Positions 51,251 through 60,711 of a DNA stretch of 64,000 bases are shown here, in pieces. This DNA comes from Candidatus Methanomethylophilaceae archaeon. Lineage in GTDB: Archaea; Thermoplasmatota; Thermoplasmata; Methanomassiliicoccales; Methanomethylophilaceae. The position numbers and the translations under genes are program-made. The number at the start of each line of letters is the position of its first letter. Position 1 is the stretch's first letter. Location: the NCBI GenBank assembly GCA_944320495.1, contig CALUHR010000013.1:384001-448000 (forward strand), written 5' to 3'. The notes under the pieces were generated by a model. That model did not search any database, was not told the DNA's origin, and saw only the letters and a list, made by a program, of their open reading frames with translations.

Positions 51251-51477
51251 AACCTCTCTCCCCGGGGACCCCTGCTCCGGCCGGGCCCCGAATTCAATGT
51301 TCCAGACTCTGCGGATGTGTCCAGGATTGTTGTGCGATCACACGACCTGCATGGGTTCCCAGGGTCGATTATTCACTAGATGCATGATGGGGTGGTGCCG
51401 ATCGGAACACCATCCAGACGCATCGGCGTTCTGGCCCCATCGCCAACAGTTTAACCGTGCGCGCGCATGCGCCCCCC

Positions 51478-52800
51478 ATGAACGACGTGATTGCGGAGGT
51501 CAAGGCCGCCAAGACGGCCTCCGTGGCGCTCTCGGCGATCGGCACCGATGTCAAGGACTCCGCCCTGGAGGCGATGGCTAACGCTCTGGACTCCCACAGG
51601 GAGGAGATCCTGGAGGCCAACGCCGTCGACATGCGCAACGGGCAGGAACTGGTCGACTCCGGCGCCATCTCTAGGTCGATGTACAAGAGGCTCGCGATAG
51701 ACGGCCCCAAGATCGACGGGATGATCGCAGGCATCCGCGACGTCATGAGGCTCAGGGACCCGGTGGGGGAGGTCATGTCCGCCCTCGACCTGGACGACGG
51801 TCTCACCCTGTACCAGATTCGCTGTCCCATAGGGATGCTCGGCGTGATATTCGAGTCCCGTCCGGACGTCGTCCCGCAGATAATGTCGCTCTGCTTGAAG
51901 TCGGGCAACGCGGTGGCCTTCAAGGGCGGCCGCGAGGCGACCGAGTCCATCCGCACGCTCTTCAACATCCTGCGCGACGCGGCGGCCTCCGCAGGCATAC
52001 CCGGGGAGGCGTTCGTGCTCATGGAGTCCAGGGAGGACATCAACAGCATCCTCGGCCTCCACGACTACATCGACCTCCTGATCCCCCGCGGGTCCAACGA
52101 GTTCGTCAGGTACATTCAGTCCAACACCAGGATACCGGTGCTCGGCCACGCCGCGGGGATCTGCCACCTATATGTAGACCCGTCCGCCGATTTGGACATG
52201 GCGTGCGACGTGGTCCTCGATTCGAAGACCCAGTACCCCGCCGTTTGCAACGCGCTGGAGACGCTGCTCGTCGACGCTTCCGTCGCGGAGGCCTTCCTGC
52301 CGAGGATGGCGGAGCTGTTCAGGTCCAAGGGCGTGGAGGTCCGCGGGGACAACCGCACCCGTGCGATCATCGACGCGATCCCGGCGACGAGTGAGGACTG
52401 GGACACCGAGTACGGCGACCTCATTATCTCCATTCACATCGTCGATTCGATGGAGGATGCGATGTCCTTCATCAACTCCCACGGCTCCCATCACACCGAC
52501 GCCATCGTAACATCAGACATGTCCCGCGCCGCTAGGTTCGTCGCCGGCGTAGACTCCGCCGACGTGTTCGTCAACGCCTCCACCCGCTTCGCCGACGGAT
52601 ACCGCTACGGCAAGGGCGCGGAGGTCGGCATCAGCACCAACAAGATCCACGCCCGCGGGCCGGTCGGCATGGAGGGCCTGATGATCTACAAGTACGTCCT
52701 CGTCGGCCACGGCCAGGTCGTCAGGGACTACGTCGGTCCCGACGCGAAGCCCTTCACCCACGTCCCCTCATCCGATCCCTATCCATTCGGGGGCGAGTGA
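51478..52800 (+). CDS. proA: Gamma-glutamyl phosphate reductase
   Basis: IFESRPDV, LIPRGS, CNALETLL, VNASTRFADG, HARGPVG. Confidence 0.97.
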   Translation: MNDVIAEVKAAKTASVALSAIGTDVKDSALEAMANALDSHREEILEANAVDMRNGQELVDSGAISRSMYKRLAIDGPKIDGMIAGIRDVMRLRDPVGEVMSALDLDDGLTLYQIRCPIGMLGVIFESRPDVVPQIMSLCLKSGNAVAFKGGREATESIRTLFNILRDAAASAGIPGEAFVLMESREDINSILGLHDYIDLLIPRGSNEFVRYIQSNTRIPVLGHAAGICHLYVDPSADLDMACDVVLDSKTQYPAVCNALETLLVDASVAEAFLPRMAELFRSKGVEVRGDNRTRAIIDAIPATSEDWDTEYGDLIISIHIVDSMEDAMSFINSHGSHHTDAIVTSDMSRAARFVAGVDSADVFVNASTRFADGYRYGKGAEVGISTNKIHARGPVGMEGLMIYKYVLVGHGQVVRDYVGPDAKPFTHVPSSDPYPFGGE

Positions 52801-53913
52801 TTGGAGTCCAGGAAGGACCTGCTCGGCGAGGTCGGCCGCGTGGTCATCAAGATAGGGTCCTCGTCGATCATGAGGAACCAGACTTCCATCTCGAGGGACT
52901 TCATGGACTCCGTGGCGGAGCAGGTCGCCCGTCTCAGGGAGATGGGCATGGAGGTGCTCATCGTCTCGTCCGGTGCGATAGCGATCGGCCTCAAGGCGAT
53001 GAAGGTCAAGCCCAAGCCCAACGAGATACCCATAAGGCAGGCCGCATCGGCGGTCGGCCAGAGCATCCTGATGAAGGAGTGGGGCGAGTGCTTCCAGCGC
53101 CACGGGATGCTCGTCGGCCAGGTCCTCATGACCCTGGACAACTACTCCGACCGCACCGAGGCGGTCAACATGAACAACACCATCGAGTCGCTCCTGAAGA
53201 ACGGCGTGGTGCCGATCTTCAACGAGAACGACGCGGTGTGCATCAGCGAGATCAAATTCGGGGACAACGACACCCTCTCCGCGATAGTTGCGAGCAGGAC
53301 CGACGCGGACCTGCTGGTGATCCTATCGGATGTCGCGGGCCTCTACACCGGCGATCCCACATCCGACCCTTACGCCAGGCTGGTGCCGGTGGTCTGGAAC
53401 ATCGAGGACGTCCGTCATATGGCCGGGGACTCCGTCTCCGGCGTGGGCACCGGCGGCATGAAGACCAAGCTCAGCGCCGCCCAGGTCTGTCACGATGCGG
53501 AGTGCGGGATGATCATCGCCCTCAGCAGGGAGGACCAGGTCATCTACAGGGCATGCACCGGCGAGGACATCGGCACGATCTTCGTGGCCGACAAGGGCAT
53601 CTCGAAGAAGCGCCGCTGGATAAAGTCCGCCCACCCGTCCGGTCGCATAATCATCGACGAGGGGGCCGGGAGGGCCGTGGCCGCCCACAAGTCGCTGCTC
53701 CCTGTGGGCATCCGCGATGTGGAGGGCCGTTTCAACAAGGGCGACGTCGTGGACATCGTCTGCAACGGTGTCGTCGTCGCCAAGGGCATCATCGGATACG
53801 ATTCGACGGACCTGAAGATGATCAAGGGCAAGCACAGCGACGAGATCGAGTTCATCCTCGGCTACAAGGCCCACGACGATGCCGTGATCTCGGAGAACAT
53901 CGCGCTGATATGA
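52801..53913 (+). CDS. proB: Glutamate 5-kinase with PUA domain
   Basis: VIKIGSS, NENDAV, GDNDTLSA, GTGGMKTKL, C-terminal PUA domain. TTG start. Confidence 0.96.
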   Translation: MESRKDLLGEVGRVVIKIGSSSIMRNQTSISRDFMDSVAEQVARLREMGMEVLIVSSGAIAIGLKAMKVKPKPNEIPIRQAASAVGQSILMKEWGECFQRHGMLVGQVLMTLDNYSDRTEAVNMNNTIESLLKNGVVPIFNENDAVCISEIKFGDNDTLSAIVASRTDADLLVILSDVAGLYTGDPTSDPYARLVPVVWNIEDVRHMAGDSVSGVGTGGMKTKLSAAQVCHDAECGMIIALSREDQVIYRACTGEDIGTIFVADKGISKKRRWIKSAHPSGRIIIDEGAGRAVAAHKSLLPVGIRDVEGRFNKGDVVDIVCNGVVVAKGIIGYDSTDLKMIKGKHSDEIEFILGYKAHDDAVISENIALI

Positions 53914-53945
53914 ACCGGTCGCGGCCCACCGGGGTCGCGACCGGT
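53914..53945. terminator. Bidirectional hairpin between convergent proB and TIGR04076 genes
   Basis: Perfect 10-bp stem accggtcgcg / cgcgaccggt. Confidence 0.6.
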
Positions 53946-53964
53946 GCTCTCTCTCTCTCGGATC

Positions 53965-54291
53965 TCGCTCGGGAAGGCGCTCGATCCTGAAGATGACGGG
54001 TCTCGTCCCGTCGTTGCAGCAGGCGATCATGACGCCGTCGTCCCTGTTCCACCCGTCCATGATGGCTCCGCCGTTCATGGCGGCGTAGACGTACCTGCTG
54101 ATGCAGCTCCATGCCTCCGAGCAGAACCTCCCGTGCATCAGATGACGCCATTCGTCGGGGGTGACGATGAACTCGTCGCCCGGGTGGAATAGCGAGCACG
54201 GCCCCGTCTCGGGGTTCGACAGATACTCCTTCTGGAGGTCATCGTAGCATCTGCATTCGAGGACGGTGATCCTCACGTTGTGCATCGTCAT
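53965..54291 (-). CDS. TIGR04076-family protein, copy 2 (ends at CGA)
   Basis: AWSCISRYVY...IACCNDGTRPVIFRIER. ATGA overlap with copy 1. CGA at 53965; the standard code would extend it to TAG at 53323. Confidence 0.88.
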
Positions 54292-54641
54292 TCCGACTCC
54301 TCCTCGTCGAGCCTCTCTATCCTGAATATCACCGGTCTCGTCCCGTCGTTGCAGCAGGCGATGAACTGCCTGTCGTCCCTGGACCAGCCCGTCATCGGCG
54401 ACCCGCCGTGTAGCGCCGTGTAGACGTACCTGCTGATGCAGTCCCACGCCTCGGCGCACGGGAAGTTCCCTCCGAGCATGTGCCAGAAGTCCTCCCTGCT
54501 GCCGTCGTTCCATGAGAAGACGAACTCCTGCCCCACATCGAAGAACGGGCACGGCCCCGCCTTCGGATCCATGAGGTATTGCTCCTGCAGCCTCTCGTCG
54601 CACTCCTTGCGGAGTACGGTGACCTTGCATCTGTGCTCCAT
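54288..54641 (-). CDS. TIGR04076-family protein, copy 1
   Basis: GPCPFF, FPCAEAWDCISRYVY, IACCNDGTRPVIFRIER. Confidence 0.9.
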   Translation of the reverse strand: MEHRCKVTVLRKECDERLQEQYLMDPKAGPCPFFDVGQEFVFSWNDGSREDFWHMLGGNFPCAEAWDCISRYVYTALHGGSPMTGWSRDDRQFIACCNDGTRPVIFRIERLDEEESE

Positions 54642-54702
54642 CGGTCGTTTCCCTCCGTACGGAGCCATCTCCGTCCGGGGTTATAATCCTGATAAAAAGG
54701 TC

Positions 54703-54723
54703 CCTCCCCTCGGCGAGGGGAGG
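54703..54723 (-). terminator. Hairpin after the amino acid symporter gene
   Basis: cctcccctc-ggc-gaggggagg. Confidence 0.5.
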
Positions 54724-54742
54724 TAAGGGGTTTACGGGGGGA

Positions 54743-56194
54743 TCACTCCCACTCGGTGATCTTGGCGTTCTTCTCGTCTATGAGGTCCTGCACGACGGAG
54801 CGGTGGAACACCGGGTCCTCGATGCCCGCGTCCTCCTGCTCGCGCCAGTCCTTGTAGGCGCGGAAGACGAACTTGCTCAGGTAGAACACGACGATCATGT
54901 TCACGGCGCCCATCGCGGCCATGAACGTGTCGCAGATGGTCTCCATCTGCCCGGTGCTGATGACGCACGAGAGGAAGGCGACCGCGATGACCAGGATGCG
55001 GACCGCGAAGATGAAGCCCTTCTTGTCGGAGATGAACCTGACGTTGGACTCGCTCATCGTGTAGTACCCGATCAGGCTGGTGAACGCGAAGATCAGCATG
55101 AAGAACGAGATGATGATCCCGCCGATCTCCCCTCCGAGGGTGGAGTTGACGATGGCCTGCACGAGCTGGGCGTTACCGATGTTGTCGGCCTGGGTCGGGT
55201 TGATGGCGGTGATGTCGCCGTAGGACCCGAAGGACAGGATGACGAAGGCGGTGAACGAGCAGACGACGAGGGTGTCGACGATGGTGCCGAAGGACTGGAT
55301 CATGCCCTGCTTGATGGGGTGCTTGACGTCCGCGGTTCCGGCGATGTTGGCGATGGAACCGAGACCCGCCTCGTTGGAGAAGACGCCGCGCTTGAGGCCC
55401 ATCATCATGACGGCTCCGAGCGCTCCCCCTCCGACGGACTGGATACCGAAGGCGTTCTTGAAGATCATCTCCACGGCGTGGACGACGCCGTCGATGTTCA
55501 TGACGATGACCACGATGCAGAAGACGAACCAGAGGAGGGCCATGACGGGCACGACCTTGGTGGAGAACTGGGCGATCCTCTTGACGCCGCCGAAGATGAT
55601 GACGGCGGCGGCGATGGCGATGATCGCCCCGAAGATCAGCATGTTGTTCTCGAACTCGAACGCTCCGGCGAGGGCGGCCGCGGAGTTGGTGGCCTGGACG
55701 CCGACGAATCCGATCCCGAAGGTGACGATGATCAGAACGGCCAGCAGAACCGCGAGAGGGCGGCTGCCGACGCCCTTGAGGGCGTAGTAGGCGGGGCCGC
55801 TGTGGTACTGGCCGTCGGACTTCTTCTCCTTGAACAGCTGGGAGAGGGTGGACTCCATGAAGCTGCTCGCGGAGCCGATGATGGCGAATATCCACATCCA
55901 GAAGACCGCTCCCGGTCCTCCGACGATGATGGCGCTGGCGACTCCGGCGATGTTACCGACGCCGACGCGGGCGCCCAATCCGATGCAGAAGGCCTCGAAG
56001 GACGAGACCGTGTGGCTGTGCTTGCCCTCTTTCGTCCCGGAGAGCGCAAGACGGGATGTCTTGTGGATCCTCAGGATCGGAAGGCCCTTCAGCCTGATCA
56101 TGAAGTATATGCCGAGACCGACGAGGAACACGAACGCGACGTACCACACGTAGGTGTTGGCTGTCCCGATGGCTGCGGCGAAATCAATAGCCAT
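54743..56194 (-). CDS. Alanine/glycine:cation symporter (AGCS family)
   Basis: ARVGVGNIAGVA, GGPGAVFWMW, RGVFSNEAGLGS, DTLVVCSFTA. Confidence 0.94.
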   Translation of the reverse strand: MAIDFAAAIGTANTYVWYVAFVFLVGLGIYFMIRLKGLPILRIHKTSRLALSGTKEGKHSHTVSSFEAFCIGLGARVGVGNIAGVASAIIVGGPGAVFWMWIFAIIGSASSFMESTLSQLFKEKKSDGQYHSGPAYYALKGVGSRPLAVLLAVLIIVTFGIGFVGVQATNSAAALAGAFEFENNMLIFGAIIAIAAAVIIFGGVKRIAQFSTKVVPVMALLWFVFCIVVIVMNIDGVVHAVEMIFKNAFGIQSVGGGALGAVMMMGLKRGVFSNEAGLGSIANIAGTADVKHPIKQGMIQSFGTIVDTLVVCSFTAFVILSFGSYGDITAINPTQADNIGNAQLVQAIVNSTLGGEIGGIIISFFMLIFAFTSLIGYYTMSESNVRFISDKKGFIFAVRILVIAVAFLSCVISTGQMETICDTFMAAMGAVNMIVVFYLSKFVFRAYKDWREQEDAGIEDPVFHRSVVQDLIDEKNAKITEWE

Positions 56195-56435
56195 GGTATC
56201 AAATCCCCGGGGACCGTCCGAAGGCGGTCGTACCCGATTCAGAAGCCGGTATGACGTGCTCTGTCATGGCATACCACTCGGGGCGCGATGATCCATTACC
56301 CGTCGAATCCAGCATGCGCGCGCATGCCTTTGATGTTTATAAAAAAGTTATGGGGACGCCACAATTGTCTTGAAGATTGATGGATAATTAGACATTTGTC
56401 GAGGAGAACCTCATACAAACATTTGGTCCAGAAGA

Positions 56436-56511
56436 TGGTGGGCCCGGCCGGAATCGAACCGGCGATCTCCGCCATGTCAAGGCGACGTCATAACCCCTAG
56501 ACCACGAGCCC
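56436..56511 (-). tRNA. tRNA-Val(GAC)
   Basis: GGGCTCG/CGGGCCC acceptor, loop TTGACAT, encoded CCA. Confidence 0.95.
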
Positions 56512-56646
56512 AGTGAACCGAGGATATACTTATGATAGATAAACATTACTGTCGGGTATATAAACTCCAGAATTGGACGACATCTCCGAAGGCCTCCTCG
56601 GACAGAACAACCCTATATCTGGACCCCGTTCCGGTGGCGAAGACCG

Positions 56647-57627
56647 ATGCTGACTCTAGGGATCGAAGGGACCGCACATACGTTGGGCGTTGGGATAGTT
56701 GACTCCGAGTGCAACGTCCTCGCCAACGAGATCGACATGTTCCGCCCTCCTCAGGGCGGGCTGCACCCCCGTGAGGCCGCCAACCATCACGCCGAGGTGG
56801 CAGCGAAGACGATCTCCGCCGCGCTGGACCACGCCGGCGTGGATCCTTCGGACATAGGTCTCGTGTCGTTCTCCATGGGACCAGGCCTCGGACCCTGCCT
56901 CAGGGTGGCGGCCACCGCCGCCAGGGCGTTCGCCTGCACCCTCGGCGTTCCGATCGTCGGCGTCAACCACTGCATCGCCCACATCGAGATCGGACGCGCG
57001 CTCACCGGCTGTACCGACCCCGCTCTGCTCTACGCCTCTGGCGGGAACACGCAGGTCATCGCCTACGCGGAGGGCAGGTACAGGATATTCGGGGAGACGC
57101 AGGACATAGGCATCGGGAACATGCTGGACAAGCTCGGCAGGGACCTCGGCATGGGGTTCTACGCCGGGCCGATGTTCGAGAAGCTCGCCCGTGAGGGCAC
57201 GAGGTACCACGAGCTCCCCTACTCGGTGAAGGGCATGGACGTCGCGTTCTCCGGTATGATAACCGCCGCGGTCTCGCTATACAAGAAGGGGGTCCCGCTG
57301 GAGGACATAGCTCTCTCGGTGCAGGAAACCGCGTTCGCCATGCTGACCGAGGTCACGGAGCGTGCCATGGCCCACATTGGGAAGAGGGAGGTCCTCCTCG
57401 GGGGCGGCGTGGCGCAGAACGGGCGTCTCAGGGACATGGTCGAGGACATGGCCCACGCCCGCGGGGCGGAGATGTTCGTCCCGGACAGGCAGTTCTGCAG
57501 GGACAACGGCGCGATGATTGCCTGGCTCGGCAGCGAGATGCACTCGTCCGGGGTCAGGATGTCCGTCATGGACACCGTCGTGCGCCAGAGGTTCAGGACC
57601 GACGAGGTCGATGTGACCTGGCGCTGA
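56647..57627 (+). CDS. kae1: tRNA N6-threonylcarbamoyladenosine synthase Kae1
   Basis: LGIEGTAHT, GPGLGPCL, HCIAH, SGGNTQV, RDNGAMIAW, RFRTDEV. Confidence 0.96.
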   Translation: MLTLGIEGTAHTLGVGIVDSECNVLANEIDMFRPPQGGLHPREAANHHAEVAAKTISAALDHAGVDPSDIGLVSFSMGPGLGPCLRVAATAARAFACTLGVPIVGVNHCIAHIEIGRALTGCTDPALLYASGGNTQVIAYAEGRYRIFGETQDIGIGNMLDKLGRDLGMGFYAGPMFEKLAREGTRYHELPYSVKGMDVAFSGMITAAVSLYKKGVPLEDIALSVQETAFAMLTEVTERAMAHIGKREVLLGGGVAQNGRLRDMVEDMAHARGAEMFVPDRQFCRDNGAMIAWLGSEMHSSGVRMSVMDTVVRQRFRTDEVDVTWR

Positions 57628-57636
57628 GAACGGTCC

Positions 57637-58986
57637 TCACTCCTTCTTCCCCTCGGCGAGCTGCCTCCCCAGGATGTCGTCGAGGTTCCTCAGGAACTGG
57701 TCCACCATGTCCTCGGGAACGGATCCTCCGGCCGCGATCCTGTGGCCGCCGCCCTCCCCTCCGACGGACGCGCACGCCTCGCGCATTGCCGCGGCGAGGT
57801 CTATGCCCCTCTCCAGCTGGGAGAACATCCCCCTGGAGGAGAGGTTCACCGGGTCGTTGGAGCGGTTCATGCCGATGGTCGGTTTCGTCGGATCGGCGAT
57901 GGACTGCATCGCGATGCCGCAGAGCATCCCCGTGTATCCGGAGTCGGTGGAGTCGAACCACTGGAAGTTGGTCATCTGTGTCAGACCGCGCCTATCGAGT
58001 TCGACCATTGCGGCCACGAGTCCCCTCGCGGCCTCCTCGTCGGTGTCGGAGGCGATCTTCAGGCACCTCTCGTCACCCATCCCGGCGGCGATGCCGGCGC
58101 CTCCGAGCCCGGAGCGTCCGCAGCTGTTGAGGAGGTTCGACAGATGCTCGGCATCCATCCTCCAATCCCTCAGCTCGTACCTGTCGCGGGCGACCTCCAT
58201 CATGGAGGACAGCTGGACGCCCTGCTCGGTGAGCCTGACGGCTATCAGCGACGCGAGCCTGCTGCGCTCGTCCTCGCTCAGATCCGAATAGGACTTGTCG
58301 TTGGGGATGCCAGCCTCCTTCATGAGTGCCGCGACCCCCTCCACGCTGCCGCTGACGCCGCGTATGTACGGGTCGGTGTCGAGGAACAGGCGGGTCATGA
58401 GATTGCCCGACGGGACCAGGGACCCCTGGGTCCTGGTGACGAACCCGCGCCTGGACCCTTCCTCGAAGAGGTAGGTGTTCAGGCCGGACAGTCCGTTGAT
58501 GTGCTGCCTGTCGCCGGCGATGCCGGCGAACGCGACCTGCACGAGGTCCCAGTTGCTCTCGTCCATGGCGACCGCGAACAGGAGGCTCATGGTGGCTCCG
58601 CACCCGGACGTCATGCCGTCGATGCCGTAGAGGTGGGGGTTCGCGTAGACGATCCTCTTCGCCTCGGAGATGACGGTGTGGTGGTCCAGGACGATGACCG
58701 GCGTGTCCATCTCGTCCAGCTGGTCGATGTAGGACGCACCCAGGTCGGATATGATGATGCAGTCCGCCTTGGTGGCGCGGATGGTCTTCATGTTGTTGTC
58801 GTTCAGCGTCGTGAACAGGGTGACCCTGAACTCCTTCCCCGCGCGGATGAGCGTCTTGGCGATGATCGCCGCGGAAGAAACGCCGTCCGCATCGTAGTGC
58901 GAGTAGACCTGGAAGAACCGGTGGCCGCGGACGACGTCCGCGGCTTTGGAAAGTGTGTTAAGAAGTTTTGGCGGAAGTTCGTCCAT
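57637..58986 (-). CDS. DHH-family phosphoesterase (RecJ-like)
   Basis: HYDADG, DLG, LDHH, GGGHRIAAG. Sits directly downstream of rps15 as in other archaea. Confidence 0.92.
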   Translation of the reverse strand: MDELPPKLLNTLSKAADVVRGHRFFQVYSHYDADGVSSAAIIAKTLIRAGKEFRVTLFTTLNDNNMKTIRATKADCIIISDLGASYIDQLDEMDTPVIVLDHHTVISEAKRIVYANPHLYGIDGMTSGCGATMSLLFAVAMDESNWDLVQVAFAGIAGDRQHINGLSGLNTYLFEEGSRRGFVTRTQGSLVPSGNLMTRLFLDTDPYIRGVSGSVEGVAALMKEAGIPNDKSYSDLSEDERSRLASLIAVRLTEQGVQLSSMMEVARDRYELRDWRMDAEHLSNLLNSCGRSGLGGAGIAAGMGDERCLKIASDTDEEAARGLVAAMVELDRRGLTQMTNFQWFDSTDSGYTGMLCGIAMQSIADPTKPTIGMNRSNDPVNLSSRGMFSQLERGIDLAAAMREACASVGGEGGGHRIAAGGSVPEDMVDQFLRNLDDILGRQLAEGKKE

Positions 58987-58994
58987 AGGTGGAC

Positions 58995-59450
58995 TCACTT
59001 GAGCATGAGCTCCGCGTTGCTGAGAGAGTACTTCCAGTCTGCGGGAAGGGTTCCGATCCTCTTGTAGTAGCGCTCCAGCCTCCTGATCTTGGCCTCAATC
59101 ATGTTGAGACCCCTCTTGTTGGAGACGTCTCCCTTGTTGTCCCTGAGGTGGACGTTCAGGTCGATGGCGCGCCTCATGAGGTTGGCGAGGTCCTCGGGCA
59201 GGGAGCCCGCGACACCCTTCTCCTCCATGATCTGGGTGATGCTCTTGCCAGTGGCGAGCTTGACGTTGGGAACTCCGTACTGGTCCCTCAGGACGAGTCC
59301 GATCCTAGCGGAGATCATTCCGTCCTTGGCGAGTTTCACGACCAGGTCCTCGATCTCGGTGGCGTTGAGAGGAACCCAGGAGGGATTCTCGGAGATCATC
59401 GGGCGGGTGGAGCCCGACTTTCCCTTTCTTCTAGTGTGCATTCTTGCCAT
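58995..59450 (-). CDS. rps15: 30S ribosomal protein S15
   Basis: MARMHTRRKGKSGS, LRDQYG, LPEDL, IRRLERYYK. Confidence 0.97.
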   Translation of the reverse strand: MARMHTRRKGKSGSTRPMISENPSWVPLNATEIEDLVVKLAKDGMISARIGLVLRDQYGVPNVKLATGKSITQIMEEKGVAGSLPEDLANLMRRAIDLNVHLRDNKGDVSNKRGLNMIEAKIRRLERYYKRIGTLPADWKYSLSNAELMLK

Positions 59451-59627
59451 TTTTGATCCTCCGAATCATATGGCGGCGAGGCTGATTCTCGCGATGCGCG
59501 TGCTCTATATAAATGGTAGCATTGTCGTCGAGCATTTGATTATCAATATAGCAGCGTACCGAATCCGCAGGAGAATCCGAGACGATCGAACCGGGTCCAC
59601 ATCCGGACGCCAGGCGCCTCACCGGTA

Positions 59628-60005
59628 TCGAAGGGCCGATGGGGGAACCCGAGGGATGACGCGGTCCACCTCGTTCTTCGCCCATGGCACGGTGTCCAGA
59701 TACTCATCGCGGTCGAAGGACAGCTCGTCCGGCAGCTCCGAGAACAGGCGGGACTCCATCTCGCAGTCCTCCCTGACCTTCCTACCGAGGATCGCCGCGC
59801 ACACGTCGCAGTACCCGATGTCGCGGGTGGCCACAATCTCGATCTCGTACCCCGCCTCCTCCAGGAACTCCCTCGCGGCGGCCTGGGCGGAGGTCTCTCC
59901 CTCCTCGACGTGTCCGCCGGGCATCTCCCAGCCCTTCCTGCGCCTGTGCCAGACCATCAGGAACCTGTCGCCGTCGAAGGCCACGGCGTAGGCGGTCCTG
60001 CCCAT
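59628..60005 (-). CDS. NUDIX hydrolase
   Basis: Nudix box GGHVEEGETSAQAAAREFLEEAG. CGA at 59628; standard-code TGA at 59619. Confidence 0.9.
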
Positions 60006-60006
60006 G

Positions 60007-60660
60007 TCACGCCCTCCTGGCGACGATCATCCTGTGGTCCTTCTCGTAGGGTTCCAGGGACCTGGAGTCGACGATGCGGTAGCCCCTCTCGCGTATGCGG
60101 GCCTCCGCCTGCTCGAAGATCCTCTCGGGCGGGGCCGTCACGTCCTCGGACCTGGCCTTCACGGCGACCATCCCCCACTGCGCGTTGAACGCGTCCATGT
60201 TGTCGCAAAGGATGTCAGCCTGGTGCTTCTGGGCCACGTCCTGGTACACCGCGTCCACCCTCTCGGCGAACATGGCGTACTCCTCCGGCTTCGTGGCATC
60301 CCCCAGCACCGGCATCATCATGGGCCTGCCCTCGGAGTTCCGGACCAGCTCCCTGAACATCCTCGGCGCGAACTCCACGCAGACGACCCTCCCGTCGCGG
60401 ACGATGTCGGCCACGTGCGACGGCGTCGTTCCGCTGGACGCTCCGAGGTAGAGCACGGTGGACCCCCTGCCGAACGGGACGTCCCTCCCGCCCGCGGTCA
60501 GGTACGCGGACAGCTTGCTCCTGCGCGGGTCCCACTCGCGGTATTCCCTGCCGCCGGAGGAGACCAGCCTCTCGCCGTATACCCTGAATCCGGGCCGTGC
60601 CGATTCGGTGTACAGCCTGCCGCGGTCCTCGAAGACGCCATCCGGTCCCAAAGGTTGCAT
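60007..60660 (-). CDS. flpA: Fibrillarin-like rRNA/tRNA 2'-O-methyltransferase
   Basis: VYGE, WDPRRSKL, VLYLGASSGTT, VEFAPR, YQDVAQ. Confidence 0.95.
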   Translation of the reverse strand: MQPLGPDGVFEDRGRLYTESARPGFRVYGERLVSSGGREYREWDPRRSKLSAYLTAGGRDVPFGRGSTVLYLGASSGTTPSHVADIVRDGRVVCVEFAPRMFRELVRNSEGRPMMMPVLGDATKPEEYAMFAERVDAVYQDVAQKHQADILCDNMDAFNAQWGMVAVKARSEDVTAPPERIFEQAEARIRERGYRIVDSRSLEPYEKDHRMIVARRA

Positions 60661-60711
60661 GCCGCTTTCCAGGGCAACCACCTATTAAGGGATGGTGCCT
60701 ACGGCCCCCTC

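Noticed and set aside
53947-53959. (CT)6 microsatellite as a phase-variable frameshift explaining the missing stop of TIGR04076 copy 2
   Set aside because: It lies downstream of the CGA, and no frame gives a stop before the hairpin and proB.
56195-56312. Glycine riboswitch upstream of the AGCS gene
   Set aside because: The conserved GGAGA, GCCGAAG and CUCUCAGG elements are absent. It is kept only as an unknown structured leader.
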